From Daphnia carinata (Eukaryota), in the NCBI RefSeq assembly GCF_022539665.2, contig NC_081331.1, forward strand, positions 6,200,001 to 6,264,000: DNA of 64,000 bases, given 5' to 3'. A program made the position numbers and the translations under genes. The notes beneath the pieces were generated by a model that did not search any database, had not been told where the DNA came from, and saw nothing but the letters and a program-made list of their open reading frames with translations. This document shows, piece by piece, positions 47,132 to 62,074 of the stretch (positions are counted from its first letter, which is position 1; every line of letters begins with the position of its first letter).

Positions 47132-47475
47132 AAACAATTACCAGTTTGTCAGATGTATTTTGGCCCCTATCTAATCAACAATTATATTGAGCAACTATGA
47201 AGGTCGGCACAGTCAATCGAAAGCAATGAACTCGTTAAAGGTAGAAAAAAGGACACATTGGAAAAGAATCCCTGGTGGTAGCAAAAAATGGATATGTTGA
47301 GTCCCTGTTAAAATAACTGCTACTCATCCTTTGAAAGTATTTTGCCGCGCAAATGTCAATTGAATAGATTATCTCTTAAACTTTTAATTTAACAAACAAA
47401 ACCCTTTTTTTTTCCTTTTTTTTTTTTTTTTCCTTCTTTTCTTTTCTTGTAAAGTTGGGGACCAGTAGAAACCCA

Positions 47476-50400
47476 CTATGTATAAGCATTGTCGATCCCG
47501 TCTGTCACCTCTTGCTTGAAAGGCTGGTGGTGGTGACTTGACAAACTTAAGGTAAACGTATCCTCTTCCGAATCAGGGGACATAGTCATCGATGGCCCTC
47601 GATCCAACAACATTGCTTGGTGTCCTAATCCATTTTGACCATTAAGAAGAGGAAGCGTAGTGAGGGACGGCCCACCTGAGTGTGTCGGAGAGGAATCAGC
47701 AGATAAAGGAGCCATCGCTGTCAACGCAGTCGGTATTGCTACTGGCGGATTGTATCCGGATGGAGGTCCAGAACTATTTGCGTTATTGACCGACTCGAGT
47801 GAGGCTCCTGTATACGCAACGTTGTTGTTAGTTGACGAACGTTTGGGTCAATTACGTCATTTCGGGAAAATAACAAAGGTACGTACCTCCTAAAAGCATT
47901 TCTTGCAGCAAAGAATCTATGCGCGTTACTCCAAAGTATCTGGCCTGTTGAATTTGTTCAATCATTTGCCAAGCAACTGACTGAAGTGGTGGCAATGCTA
48001 ACAGCAACTCGCCGAATCGTCCTCGACTTGCATACTGGCGATCAGCCACGTAATCTTCCAGCAACTGCTGTATCTGGTAGCGAATGGCTTTGACCCTGAC
48101 CGGCTCTCCCAGACCTTTTGCATCTGATGCCACCACAAAAGGCTCACGTCAGATGTTGAGATTGGCCAAACATTAACAACCAACGTTTTTATTACTAGGA
48201 TCGAAGAAGACGATGGCTTTTAGGCAGGTGTACTCTGTGTCGTCCATCTGTATGTCCCGTAGAGGTTTGACAATTTCATCCATGATGCGGATGCCAATAT
48301 GGTAAATTTCAACTTCTGCTTTGAGAAAAAGAAATTCTTCTTTTAAAGTAAACACTTTGTAGATACATGTAAAGAGAAATTTACCTCCGTGTCCAGCTGT
48401 TTGCCTTGGCATGATCGAATCATTGCCCAACAAGAGAATATCTCGTAAATGCATAGATCTCCGAGCAACACCGAGCACTAGATTTTCTGCTGCGTGGGCT
48501 CTTAGCAACGCCACCTAAAGAAAGCGTAAGTGATTTAGCCATTACGGTTCAATGAAATGATCTGTTTATCTCACCTGATCGTCAAGCGGCAACTCACTGA
48601 AAACAGGGATGTACTTTGCCCATTCAACCAAGAAGAGTAACTGCTGCTTCATCGATTCACAGACATCGTTGATGGTTGCCATCCTTTTGCTGTTCAAATC
48701 GTAATCGTTGACGGCTGAGAGCTGATTTAAATACAAATTTTCACACTAGAAAGGAAAGAGTCGATCGGGAGGGACGAGGAAAAAATCGCAGCGCAAAATG
48801 CACAGATTTTTTTTTTGTTTTTATTTTTTCCATTTGGCAAGAGGTAGCGTGAAAGTGAAAGAGAGAGAAAAATAGAAAAAGGCGAAAACGGGAAGGGAAA
48901 AAAATGAGCAAACGTTAGCCGACTGTTAGTGAAATAATAAGGTTGCTGTAGGTAAATTTGGAAAGGAAATGCAGATTAAAAAAAAAACCGTAAGCAAATT
49001 GAAGCGATTCCAAACAAACGTTTAGAATTTGTCATTTTAGGTTTTCCTTTTGGTTAAGGACATTAAAAAAAAATTAATTTTGTTTACCTGTCGGCTCATG
49101 GTTTCAGCATTAATCAACACATTGATTGTCAACCCGTTGGCAGAAATGGGCTCTTCATAGCTCGGCCGACGACTGCTAATTCGATCTCTTTCGTTTTGTA
49201 CGGCTGTTCAATAGACCAACAAAAATTGAACTTTAAAAATTCATACAAATAGTATCACTAATTGAATTTACCTTCTTTCTTCATGCCAGCTTTGAAGCAT
49301 TTTCCCAACCGGCAATAACGGCATTGATTTCGCTTATCCTTGTCTACCACACAGTGCCGATTGAACCTAAAACGAAACACGACTCAGGTAAAACTTGAAA
49401 TCTCAATTTCTAATCATCCATCCATTTCCTATTTTTTTTTTCACAAACCGGCAGGTGTAAACGTGATTTTTGCGAACCGACCGGCGGAAGAAACCTTTGC
49501 ATCCATCGCAAGAAGCGGCTCCGTAATGTTTACCGGTGGCTCTGTCTCCGCAGATGGCGCACCAGGTGGCGACGGCCGCCGCGTTGCTGAGGCCGGTCGC
49601 GTTGCCGTTGCCGTTGCTACCGGTTGGCGAACTGGAGCCGGCGCTGTTGATGCTGGACGCTGGCGCCGGAATGAGGGAGCCGGATGCCGTCACCGACAAC
49701 TGTAGCGAGCTGGCATCCGTCACTGGAAACATGACACCATCACAGTCGATCAGGTTATCAATTCTACTATTCACTTACACGTGTGTGTGTGTGTGTGTAA
49801 TAATTGTATACTTCTACTCTTATACAAGGCTCCTTGTTTTGTGCGATCCCGTCACGACACAATAGCGCGTACAATCGTTCATGATTGGGAATACAAATTG
49901 CCAATGAAAGGGAGATGGAATAATGCAGACTGAGAAGAATTCCACCGTCAATGCAGTAGGCAACAAACACCAAACGTGCGGTAGCATGCTTGACGAAACC
50001 AACAACGAGATGGCCGAATGCCATTATCTCTCGCCTTATATCTCTCTCTCCAGCTCGCTTGTTTTCTAAACACACACACACACACACAGCGCACACACGA
50101 CCAACATACATAAATGGGCCATTGCCTGTTTTGCCTCGGTATGGAGTCTGTTTTCTTTTATATTTTGTACCTTACTGGTATTTCCTCTCTCGTTTGCAGC
50201 ATGCTCGGTTGCACATTATTCCGAAACCACTTGCAAACAATTCAGTGTTGCCATGGCAACAGTACAACAAACAATAACAAAGGACGCAAAGATGTCTAAA
50301 CGTTAAACACCCTCCGCCAAAAATAAAAAATAGAAATAAAAAGAAAGACTTATTTGGGAATTTGAAAAAAAGAATTGTCCATCCAACTGCTGCAGTGTTG

Positions 50401-51389
50401 GATAGCCAAAACGCCCGGACGCGCTAACTGTTTGGCGTCCGGCTTATCGCATGCAAGTATTTCTTTGCTGGCCTCCCCTCCCCCCCCCCCTCTCCGCCTT
50501 CTTCATTTCTTCACCACCCATTCAACGTCTCTCTTATTTTTCCTCCCAACGCCGGGGAGTCTTATCGCTACTGACACATAGTGGCCTCGTCGCAATATAA
50601 AACTATAGGAAAGAAAAGTACCGTGAGCAACAGAAAAAAAACAAAAATCCCAATGGGATAAATTTCGACATACTCACGCACTGACATGTACACAGTGCCA
50701 GTGTCGCAATCGTTCGGACATCCATCAGCTAAACTTTGTTTTCTTGTTTCCATTTCGAATGTATATATTTTTCTTTCATTTGCGTGATAAGGAAAATCAT
50801 CCTTATATATGATGACTGGCTATCAGTGAAAAGATGACCAAGCAAAGCGTCGGCCATCGTCCCACTATCTACGACTGTGGGAGACAGTTTTCGAATCAAC
50901 ACATTTTTTTTTTCAAACTGATAATTTACCAACTTGGACCACTGTGGAAAAACAAAAAGTTGGCTGGAAAACAGCAGATAAAACAGAGAAACGGATGCAT
51001 TATTAAAAGGCCTACTGCATCCTCATCTTTGTGATAAAGCAATAACTTTAAAAAAAAATTTCCCAAGTACGTGCAACTCATTGTCATGTCTGCTGAATGT
51101 GAAGAATTAAAAAAAAAAAAAAAGAGCTTTTAATGTCTATAAATGTACCTGATTGTTGCGGGCTGTTGTTCATGGTAATTAAAGCGGCATTGCTGTTGCC
51201 ACCTCCGAGAACGGCTGCATTTTGCACAATCACCGACGCACCGGGATGGCTATAGTGCTGCTGCTGTTGAACGCCGGCCACAATCGAATGTACATTGCGG
51301 ATGCTGTAATGTTGCTGCTGCTGCTGTTGAACCTGGACGTGACCGGGTCCGGTGGCACGGGGTGTTTCCTCCCGCGATGACTCCATCAT
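47476..51389 (-). CDS. Hnf4: Nuclear receptor HNF4 (NR2A)
   Basis: [60 protein letters not shown], hinge [18 protein letters not shown], and [21 protein letters not shown]...ALLRAHA...LKAIVFFDP...RGRFGELLL...[11 protein letters not shown]. The N-terminal exon carries a poly-Q tract. Confidence 0.97.
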
Positions 51390-52029
51390 CGGCTTGAACG
51401 TTGAACGTTGGAACGGGCTCGCTAATAAAAACCATTAAATAATACGGTCGTCGGCGTCGTCGTCGTTGATTCAAAAAAAAAAACTTTGATCTTTGAACAC
51501 ACGCGCTATTCAAAACGTTTCAAAATTCCGTTTTGTTTTTCCTGTTTGTTTGTTTTGTTTCCCTTTCGAGTTGGATTGATTTTTGTTGTTGAAGTATTGG
51601 GCCGGCAAGATCATCACTCATCGGTCACTCTTGTTTTTTTTTATTTTTTTTTTATTATTTGTAATAGGAAAAAACTACACAACTCCAAACTACAAACTAC
51701 TAGTCGCACATTGCACTTTGCCTTGCGCGTCGCACGATGTTCGCCCCCGTTGCGTTCCAGTAAGAGCAACACAGCGACTAAAGGGTCAACTTCCAGTCCG
51801 GTTGGCCGGTGACTATATAAACGACGGCCGCTTCCACTTGTGCCGTGTCTGTCTGTGCGTATACTACCGCCGTGAGCGCACCATTTGGCGGAATGCTGGA
51901 CACTATGGCTTTCAAAAAACGATGCAGCCCATCAAATAAGTTTGCCGCGCGTCAGTAGCCCGACTGGCCAACACCACGAATCACATCACTTTTCAAAGTC
52001 TTGCAGCCTCGCTTTCCGTTCCTTGCTTC

Positions 52030-52090
52030 ACACACACACACACACACACGCACGTATCCACACACGCACAGACAGACACACACACACTTA
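52030..52090. repeat. Imperfect (CA)n microsatellite
   Basis: CA dinucleotide runs read directly, upstream of HNF4. Confidence 0.85.
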
Positions 52091-52868
52091 AGGCTACACA
52101 CGCTCACACACTCACTAGGAGCGCGCTCTCTGATAACGCGCTGGCCACTTCCCCTTCAATCCCAAACTACTGGACGTGTCAAATGGCCGTCTAATGTGAT
52201 CATCTTACTCTCTCTCTATTCGCCTTTTTCATTTCTTCTTCATAGCCACGTAATCTCTACGAGCGGATTATCACTGTAGAGGAGGATGAATCGATTAAAT
52301 AGACGATACGATATGCATTTGATTATAGGATTGCTTCTTTCTCCCCCCCCCCCCCCTCCTATTCGGCTTTTTATGTCTACGATCTAATTTTTTTTTTTGC
52401 GGACATTGTTGGACATCTTAAAAAAAAAATGTGTTTTTCATTTGAAAGAAAAAAAGGGAACTGATGAGATTGGGTCGTTTTCAATGTCTGCCAACGTGGG
52501 CGTGTTTATTCCCCTTAACGGGCCACTGACTAAGTGGGTCCACTCCACAGCCCACTAGTTCCAGTGCAACTGTCCATGTATTTATCGCTCGAAAAAGTGA
52601 GTTCTTATTGTTTTTTTGCCGGTTGAGAATCTGACGCTCTTTTTTTTTAGTTCTCATTGTCTTGGCTCTTTTCCGACTATTTTTGTTGTTGTTCTTTTCG
52701 CATTTTTATTTGCTGAAGAGGCCGGCAAGTCGGTGCGCGAAGGTCACGCAACTCGCGATATCAGATGCGCTGTGCCCGACCCGCTCGGCAACACCCGACT
52801 CCGAAGTGGCGGTCCCGGTTGCAATGGAATCGATAGTAGAAAAACGAAATGTTCGAATCAAGTGTTTA

Positions 52869-52876
52869 TATCGATA
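52869..52876. promoter_or_regulatory. DRE-type palindrome TATCGATA
   Basis: Exact TATCGATA between the divergent HNF4 and sulfotransferase genes. Function is inferred from the arthropod DRE core-promoter motif. Confidence 0.35.
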
Positions 52877-54431
52877 CGCTAGCCCAACACGGCTTGCCCA
52901 GCTGACAACTGCGTGACTTGTAATCACGAAGCCAAAAGGAAGAAATGGGCAAGAACTTTCGGCGGGGTTATCGCTGTGTCCTTAAGTTTCTTGAAAGGAA
53001 ACTTTAAATACGAACGTACTCTTTCAACCGAGTTTTCAATTACCTGATGCCATGCTCGAAATTGAAAGTGAGACGACAATATGTTTGAAATTGTTTTGTA
53101 TTTTTCTGTGTGTGTGTGAATTGCCGTTTTGTAGATTTTTTTTTATCAACAACGTTTCCGAGAAGTAATTGAATTGACTCTGCTTGTAGTACACTGACAA
53201 GGCTGATGACGACATAGCGGGTTCATGTTTTTTTCGAAATTACGATCGTTGATGCGCTAAACGAACTGCTGAAATTTCGTAAGACTGTGCGATGATCCGT
53301 GGGATTTCATGAGAATTATACGATAAAAACGCTAGATTTTATTGCAAAATTCGTTCGGTTGATCTGGCAGCTATTACGTAAGACTGATAAAAAAAAGTCA
53401 CTTGTTGACACATACAGACACAACAAAGCTCATAGCTTTATTTTGTTCCCGTCTACTAAAACAGAAATATCCCCGCCTATGAAGTGAAGACGTTTGACGT
53501 TCGCTTACATCATTTCCCTACGTGCGTTGTGTTGATTCTAAATGCCGTTATCACTGTGCATCTATCTATACTAATCCTAGCTTGTTAAATATTTAATTTC
53601 TTTCATTTGATAGACGTGATACAGCAAAAAAAAAAAAACATCAGGTGCGCCTAACCTTTCCTCAATTCTCGATGATTGCGCACTTGTCTGACAATCAAAA
53701 CAAAAACAAATCGATTGCAATTCGAAACGATTACTAACTGTGAAATCCCAATACTTTTGTAAGGTAACACGACCTTTCTCTGTCCTCCGGGGGCAATATT
53801 ACATCTAAAGAAAAAAAACAAACAAACAAAAAAACAATGAAATTACAAGGCAACGCCTCATTGAAATGAATTCCCCAACTAGTAGGATTGACGATGTGGG
53901 AATTTATGTCTCTCTTCCCTTTCCCGTTATCCATTGGCAAACGCAGTCTCGGTGATAATATCCTTTAAGATGTCTCTGCCTTCAAGGATTATTACCATAA
54001 GGGGTGTGTCGGGTCGGGTAGGCAATGTAAACGGGACAAACTGTAGGAGCTTATGACATACATAAGAAAAGCCAAACGTAGTTTTTTTTTTACCTTTTTA
54101 TCGCAGTGAAAGCGAGTCCTTGAGAAAAGAGCTGAGATTCTATTAGGCACCCTTTTTTTTTTGCTAGAAACGAATCTCCTCCCTCTTTTCTAATACAAAC
54201 CTATTCACTTGCAGTTGGTTCGCAGCGTAGGCAACTCGACGTTTTCGGCAATCCAAAACAGCTCAGCAACACGCATCTCATTTTTGAATTTTTCCGGTTA
54301 GTGACATGTCAACAAGAGATATTTATAAATCAACTGATTTTGTTTTGTGTATCCTCAACTTAAAACTGAAATGATAATCAGTTTTTTTTTTTTTTCAAAG
54401 AAAAAAATTTATCTTGCAGTGTCGTCGAAGC

Positions 54432-55916
54432 ATGGCTGCCGATAAGAAACGTTTGAACGTCGAGTTTAAATCGATTCCAGAGTCGCTTGAAGAGCCGTTC
54501 TTAAAAGAGTTTCCGGAGTACGTGGAGGGCCTTGCCCGCGGTGATCCAGGTGGTTTTGTACTGACGCCGCATTACGGAGAGAATGCCGAAGAGCTCTACA
54601 ATTTCCACGTTCGGCCAGATGACATTTGGATTCTTAGCTTCCCTAAAAGTGGTGAGTTAACCTATTCGATTTTGTACTGAGAAAATGGAGGCAGCAAAAC
54701 GACTATGTGTGTTTCGAATAATCGTTTTAAAAATGGATCCCGTTTCGGAATGACGCAGGAACGACGTGGACTCAAGAGCTGGTTTGGTTAGTTGCGAATG
54801 ATTGCGATTTCGAAGGAGCCAAAAGGGATTTGAACGATCGATCGCCGTTTCTCGAGTAAAGGCACACAAAAATGCTTGACATATAATTCAGTTGAATAGA
54901 AACAATGATTTTTTTTTTTTTTAGATTCCCGTACTTGATCCCGAGGAAAGGAACCCCTTCCTACGGACACTTGCCATCGGTTGAAAAGCAAATGCAATTG
55001 AGGGAGAAACTGGAATCGCCCCGTTTGATCAAAACTCATTTGCCATTGGATTTACTTCCACCGCAATTAACGGATACCTGCAAAGTTCGTTTCACATTTC
55101 GTCCTGGAATCAAAGAGTGGCAATAAAATAATATATTTTTTTTCCCAGGTTGTTTACGTTGCAAGGAATCCTAAGGACGTCATAGTGTCATATTATTACC
55201 ATCATAGACTGATCAAATTCCACTATTTCGATGGGGACCTAGAAAGTTTTGCACACCGGTTTATAAAAGACCAAGGTAATTTCCTATTGGAAAGTTTTGC
55301 ACTTTCCTTTTTGTTTTGTTTTGTGAAAAATTATATACTTTCACATTTTAAAATTGTTATTGAGGATAGTCTGGTACGCTCCCTATTTTGGACAAGTTTT
55401 GGCTGCATGGGAGAAAGCGAAGAACAATCCAAATGTTCTCTTTCTTTTCTACGAAGATATGAAAAAGGTCAGTACTTTTAAGTGTATTTAAATAATTGTA
55501 GACGCGTGATAAATAATTAATCAATCGGCGATTGCAATCCTCCAGGATTTAGCGGGACAAATAAAAAAGGTGGCCCAGTTTCTGGGCAAATCTTTGACGG
55601 ACGAACAGCTGGAGAAACTCGTTCGCCATTTGACATTTGAAAATCTGTCCAAGAACTCTGCCGTGAACAAGGAGGACGGCAAAAAGCATGGAGTTTTTAA
55701 CGCTGATGGCAATTTTATGCGCAAAGGTAAAAGCGACCCATTGCACAATCCAGCAATCCTTTTATCTAACATCCCAAAAAAAAATTATATTTAAACAAAA
55801 AAGGGGAAACTGGAGATTGGCAAAGATATTTCAGTCCCGAAATGTGCCGCCAGATTGACGAGTGGACCGAATTAAATCTTCGTGGGAGTGACATCACCTT
55901 CGTCGATAAGATTTGA
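54432..55916 (+). CDS. Cytosolic sulfotransferase (SULT family)
   Basis: 5'-PSB loop RPDDIWILSFPKSG|TTWTQE, PRLIKTHLP, 3'-PB motif YVARNPKDVIVSYY, FYEDMKK|DL and FMRKG|ETGDWQRYF. Stop at 55914-55916. Confidence 0.95.
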
Positions 55917-58900
55917 ACGCGAACTGGACTCGGCAATGACATTATTGTGCTGTGATAACGCGATCCTTTATTGCTTCATTTTTACCAATCGATTGCTGAA
56001 CTGTATAGCCATATCGTTGATGAAATACAATATCACTACAAGGCAGTGATTTCAATTTCTTTTCCATAACGACCAGTAGGTCAAGTACATCGCGCAAAAA
56101 GTCCTTGGCCTGCTACCGTATCCTATCAAATACTACATGGTCCAGCAAACATTCCAGATCGATGGCAGAGCCTAAGAAACTGAAGAAGTAAATGAGGACA
56201 AAAGTCATCGTATTTTTTTTTTTTTTTTTTGGAATTACATTAAAACTTTGTTGTTTCGCCATGTACAGAATACACCAACATAATGTTGTTCAGTTCGAAA
56301 CCAAAAAATCATATATAAAGATGAATAACCAACCGAAAGATATATATTGAAGAGATTTTTTTTTTCTTTTTATAGGGCGATTTTTTTTTCTTTCTCTTTT
56401 TGAAAACGCAAACAGAAGGTGAGGCAGAAGAAAAAGGAGAAAACCGAAAACAAAAAGATCAAATGGAGAAAGTGAAGAATTGACGAGCAAAATTGAAAAG
56501 GGCGGATGATCTCAATTGTTACGCAAGCGATATACATTTTGTTTTTGTGTGATGAAGTTGTTTGCAATTTATATCTATATCGAATTGAGAAGGAGCCAGA
56601 GAGAGAGAGAGCGGGCCAATTTTGCGCGAGTTTTCTGCCATTTCGTGTTGTCTGGTCGAAAATAAATGACCAACTGCAATTATAACGAGGGCAAAAAATT
56701 AAAAAAAGAACGAAAGATATCCATAAAAAATGAATTTAACTTGTTGTTGTTGGATAGTTGGGCGGGGGACAAAAATAGGCAAGGATGAATTAACGAATAC
56801 GAAAAATGAGAACGAGACATGTATAGCCTATGTAACGCAACAGAGAACGGTTAGAAATATTAGTCCCGAACAAACATTTGGGTTTTTTTTTCTTTCAGTT
56901 TTTGTTGTTTTGCCTTTATAGTATGGTCGATTATAAGAGAAATCATCGCGGACGTTGGCTATCTAAGATGTCGATTCGTCCAGCAATGAAAATAATCCTA
57001 AATGAAAAGGAAATCATAAGACAAAAAAGCGCACCTAAAATTCGACACTAGAAATCATCATCACGCACGCGAATTCGGGACAACAACAACAAAAAATTTT
57101 AATTTTTAAATCGTTATCCTATCAGGAGAAAGGTTGGGTATATACGGAAGAAAACGAAGAGTTGTGTGTATAGTTTCAAAGCCTAACCGATTTTTTTTTT
57201 AATAACGTGTAAATGGTTTCTCATTTTAACTCCTCAATTTTTTAAATATATTCTCTCACAATCGGTTAGGTGATTTCAGTGTGGGACTTGGTATAGAAAT
57301 AAACCCCCCCCCTTGCCCTTTCTTTCCCCCATCAAAAGAAATTCAATTTAAAAGTTGTTCAGCGACTAAACGAGTTTGATTTTGATTTGATTAGAATCAA
57401 TCTCCAAGTCGCAACTGATAGCGTGGAATATGGTGATTACATTACAACAAATACATTTAAATGAAAAACAAAAATCAAATGAGGACAGATAATAATAAAA
57501 TCAAAAATAGACGGATACGTAATGGGCCAATGAGGAGGGCATGTCTCGGAGATTGGGAAAGGACGTGATGTATGACGACGTTAAGAAATGTCACAATGGT
57601 CAATGATTTTTTTTTTTTTTTTTTTTGCTTTTCTTTTACTACGGCAGACAAATCATGTTTCTATATGTGGTTATGTTTAATAGCTCCATTTCAATCCGAC
57701 GCTTAATAATTCCTAGCGGGTTTTTTACACAGTTATAAACGCACGAAAGCATCTACAAAAGTTATCAAAACCCAATTTTCCATTTTTAAAAAAAGAACAA
57801 AAAAAAATTGTGTGCTGAACCAATTGTTTTCCCTTTTTTCTTTCGTTCTATGCGCATAATAACTTTATATATAAATAGAGCCGAATTGAATATTCCCCCC
57901 TATATTGATTGAATTTTCATCAATACTTCCTAGTTGTGCGCTCTCTAGTCTTCTCAATGGTTTGTTGCGTTTGGAAATTGGTTAATTTTTGCCATGCGAT
58001 TGGCAATTGACTTTGGGAAAAATTAAAAAATTATGACTGGAAAGGGAGAGAGGGAACTGGAATCACCGCCAATGCGAAATATACATATAATTATGTATAC
58101 GGCAATCATTTTTTTTTTTGTTTCTTTTTAATTTCGTTTTTTTTTTAAGGTTTATGTGTTTTTCACCTCCCGTTTCAAATAATAAGCGCTATCAGAATAG
58201 CTACGTTGATCGGGTGGATTCAAACGTCCGTGGAAGGAGATGAAGAAAGAGAAGAACAATCATGTGGGGATCATAATTAGAGTATAATAACAAATACACA
58301 CACATACGCACGACGGTTGGGTATCGAAAGTGTCTTGTCTAATGCAAAGCTCTCATTATTTTTTTTTTTTAATTTTTGTTTTTTAGATAACCCCCAGAAG
58401 AAATGAAAAGATCCAATTTCTCAATTTCTTTTACATCAAAGTCTGTCCCAACAACCCACGCCAAAAAAACAAAACGAAAAAATCAAATGAAAATTTCCCC
58501 CCGTTTTACAAATAATTTTTTCCTTCTTCTTGAATCTAAACATATGATTGTATCGGATGGAAACGATGGAATCCACATATATAAAGAACAAATAGTTACG
58601 AGCGTGCTGGAGACCAGAAACAACCGAAATAGACCCAAACTTTTGAAAACAAAAACAAAATCTAATTCATTCGAGAAATAATTCACGCCCTCCAACAGAG
58701 TCAGCTTTTTTGTGTGTGTTTTTTAATCATGTGTTTGAAATGAGTTTTAAAAAAAATTTCATCCAATGGGAAGGAAGGGTCAAGGTACGTGTGTGTCTGT
58801 GCTGTTTTTTTTTTCACTTTGTGTAATCCTCTGTGTAAGAAGAGTTTGAACCTTTGCCAAATCTACTTGTCCGTTATGTTGTTTATTTGGGAGGGTTCTA

Positions 58901-60513
58901 ATTATCCGCTCGATGGGAGTTTGGGGGAAAAAAGAAGGAAAAAAAGAGCAACATTTGCGAGCAAACGGTCAAGGAAAAAACAAAATAAGGGAAACAAAAA
59001 CGAAAGACAATGCACAGGGCGTAGCTCTGATCGATTAAAGGACGCGAGAAGAGGTCCTCGCAGAGTTTGATGGACAATACAACGCAAAAGAGGAATAAGC
59101 AAGAGAAAAAACCAAACGAATAAATTAAAATGGGGGGGGGGGGTGAATAATACAAAACTGAACGGATTATTGTTCGCATCCGGTAGAACATAATTATGGT
59201 TTTCCCCCTTTCATTTGTTGTGTCCTGAGTGCTCATTTGATCGATGTTTGACTAGTAACAACCAAAACAATGTCTCCTCCTTCTCCGCACGTTTGCAGTC
59301 ACTTGCCTAATAACGAGCTCAATGGACGAAGTGGGGACAGAAAGAGCGACAGAAGACCATTTCAATTTCGAAGATGGACCGAGATTTCAATGTCTCCAGG
59401 AGCACGGGGTACCAATTAGAAGAAATGGTGTCGAATGGCCTGTTAGCTACCCCACCCGCCCTGTAGGAAGAAACAATAAATGGTAACCCACAATTTGATT
59501 GGTTTACGCCGACCATTTATGTATTATTTTTTTTTTTTTTACATCAATGACTACAAATGCTCGAAATTCAGGGTTGCTCTTTTCTCTGTCTTTTGTGTGA
59601 CTAGCCTTTATTTTGACGTTTAAACTATATCTGAAGATTTCAAAAGGGCTTCGAGTTGGTTCGTTCAATCTCTGGCTCTTCTTTTCAGTCACGCCGTGTG
59701 CGTTTAAAAGAAACCAAAAAAAAACAAATATTAAAACAAAAAAAGGAAGAAAGCGTGCGCAGACAAAAAAGAAAAGAAAAAGAGCTTCTTAAAATTCAAA
59801 AGATTGGAATGTCATCTCCTGTGCACACGGCATGCACACCGCCTTCTTGGGATTGCTGGCCCTCAGCATTGTTGCAACTTTATTTTTTTTTTCGCTTTTA
59901 TATTTATGGTAATATGAATCCCCCCTTGATTTTGTGCTCTCGGGATTGTACTGTCGTTCGTCCTCTCTCTTTTTTTTTCATTTGTTTTGGGTTTCCTTTT
60001 CGTATTAAACGGTGGAGGCGGTCAAGGTAGGAGGGCCATTGACTAGCGTTCACTTCATTTCGAGACAGAGAACAGGAGAAAAGAGGCTGATGGCTGCCGT
60101 GGGCAGACAACATCCGGTGGAAAGCAAAACAAGTGAAAAATAATAAGATTTGGAAAAAAAAATGAAAAGAAAACACAACAATATGCAAGGGAAGAAAAAT
60201 TGACAGTCGGGGGATAAAAAGAGATACGGAGGATGAGCTGCTCTTCTTTTGTTGCGCTAAACATGATCCAAATAGTTGGGATTTTGTGTCTGTGATGACG
60301 TCATCAGTATGTGCGTGTGATATTTCTCTCTCTTTTTTTTTTCTCGGCCAATGGCGGGAGTAAAAGGACGTTTTGCCCAACTCCAGAAAACAAACCAACA
60401 AAAAACGAAACCATTAAATTAAACGAAGGAAAACAAAAATAAAAATTGGAGAATGAATTCGAAAGTTCAATATGTAAACGTGGTGGGGATCTGGCAGCAA
60501 AGGTGTGTGGCAC

Positions 60514-61706
<1,193 letters not shown>

Positions 61707-62052
61707 CTGTAGAGTTTTTGTATGTTCACAAAGAGAAAAAGACAATTCATTAAGCTCTTGTCTTTCATTCATTGCGGATCTTGTTGTTTAAATGCGAAGT
61801 TTGTACAAGATTTAAGTTTTAAATCTCCTCTTCTGAATATTTGCAATTTTTTTTTTAATGGCCATAAATCCCGTTGATCGATAAAAGAAAAGGGACACAA
61901 CGAAGATGAAGAAAAGATAAACGGAGAGAGTCATCTAGCGTCGGGAATAGACGCGCGTGCGGGTGATGGTATCGCGACCGGCACAAGCGCACGACGACCA
62001 CGGTCTATCGCTGTCGGGGGGCCAACGAGGATCAATAAATAAATAGCATTCA

Positions 62053-62074
62053 AGAGAGAGAGAGAGAGAGAGAG
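62053..62074. repeat. (GA)n microsatellite in a G-alpha-o intron
   Basis: Uninterrupted AG repeats read directly. Confidence 0.85.

Noticed and set aside
47132..47475. Antisense overlap of the GINS3 and HNF4 3' ends
   Set aside because: Only ~345 nt separate the stops, but a minus-strand ATTAAA at 47383-47388 could end HNF4 inside the gap. Overlap cannot be shown from sequence.
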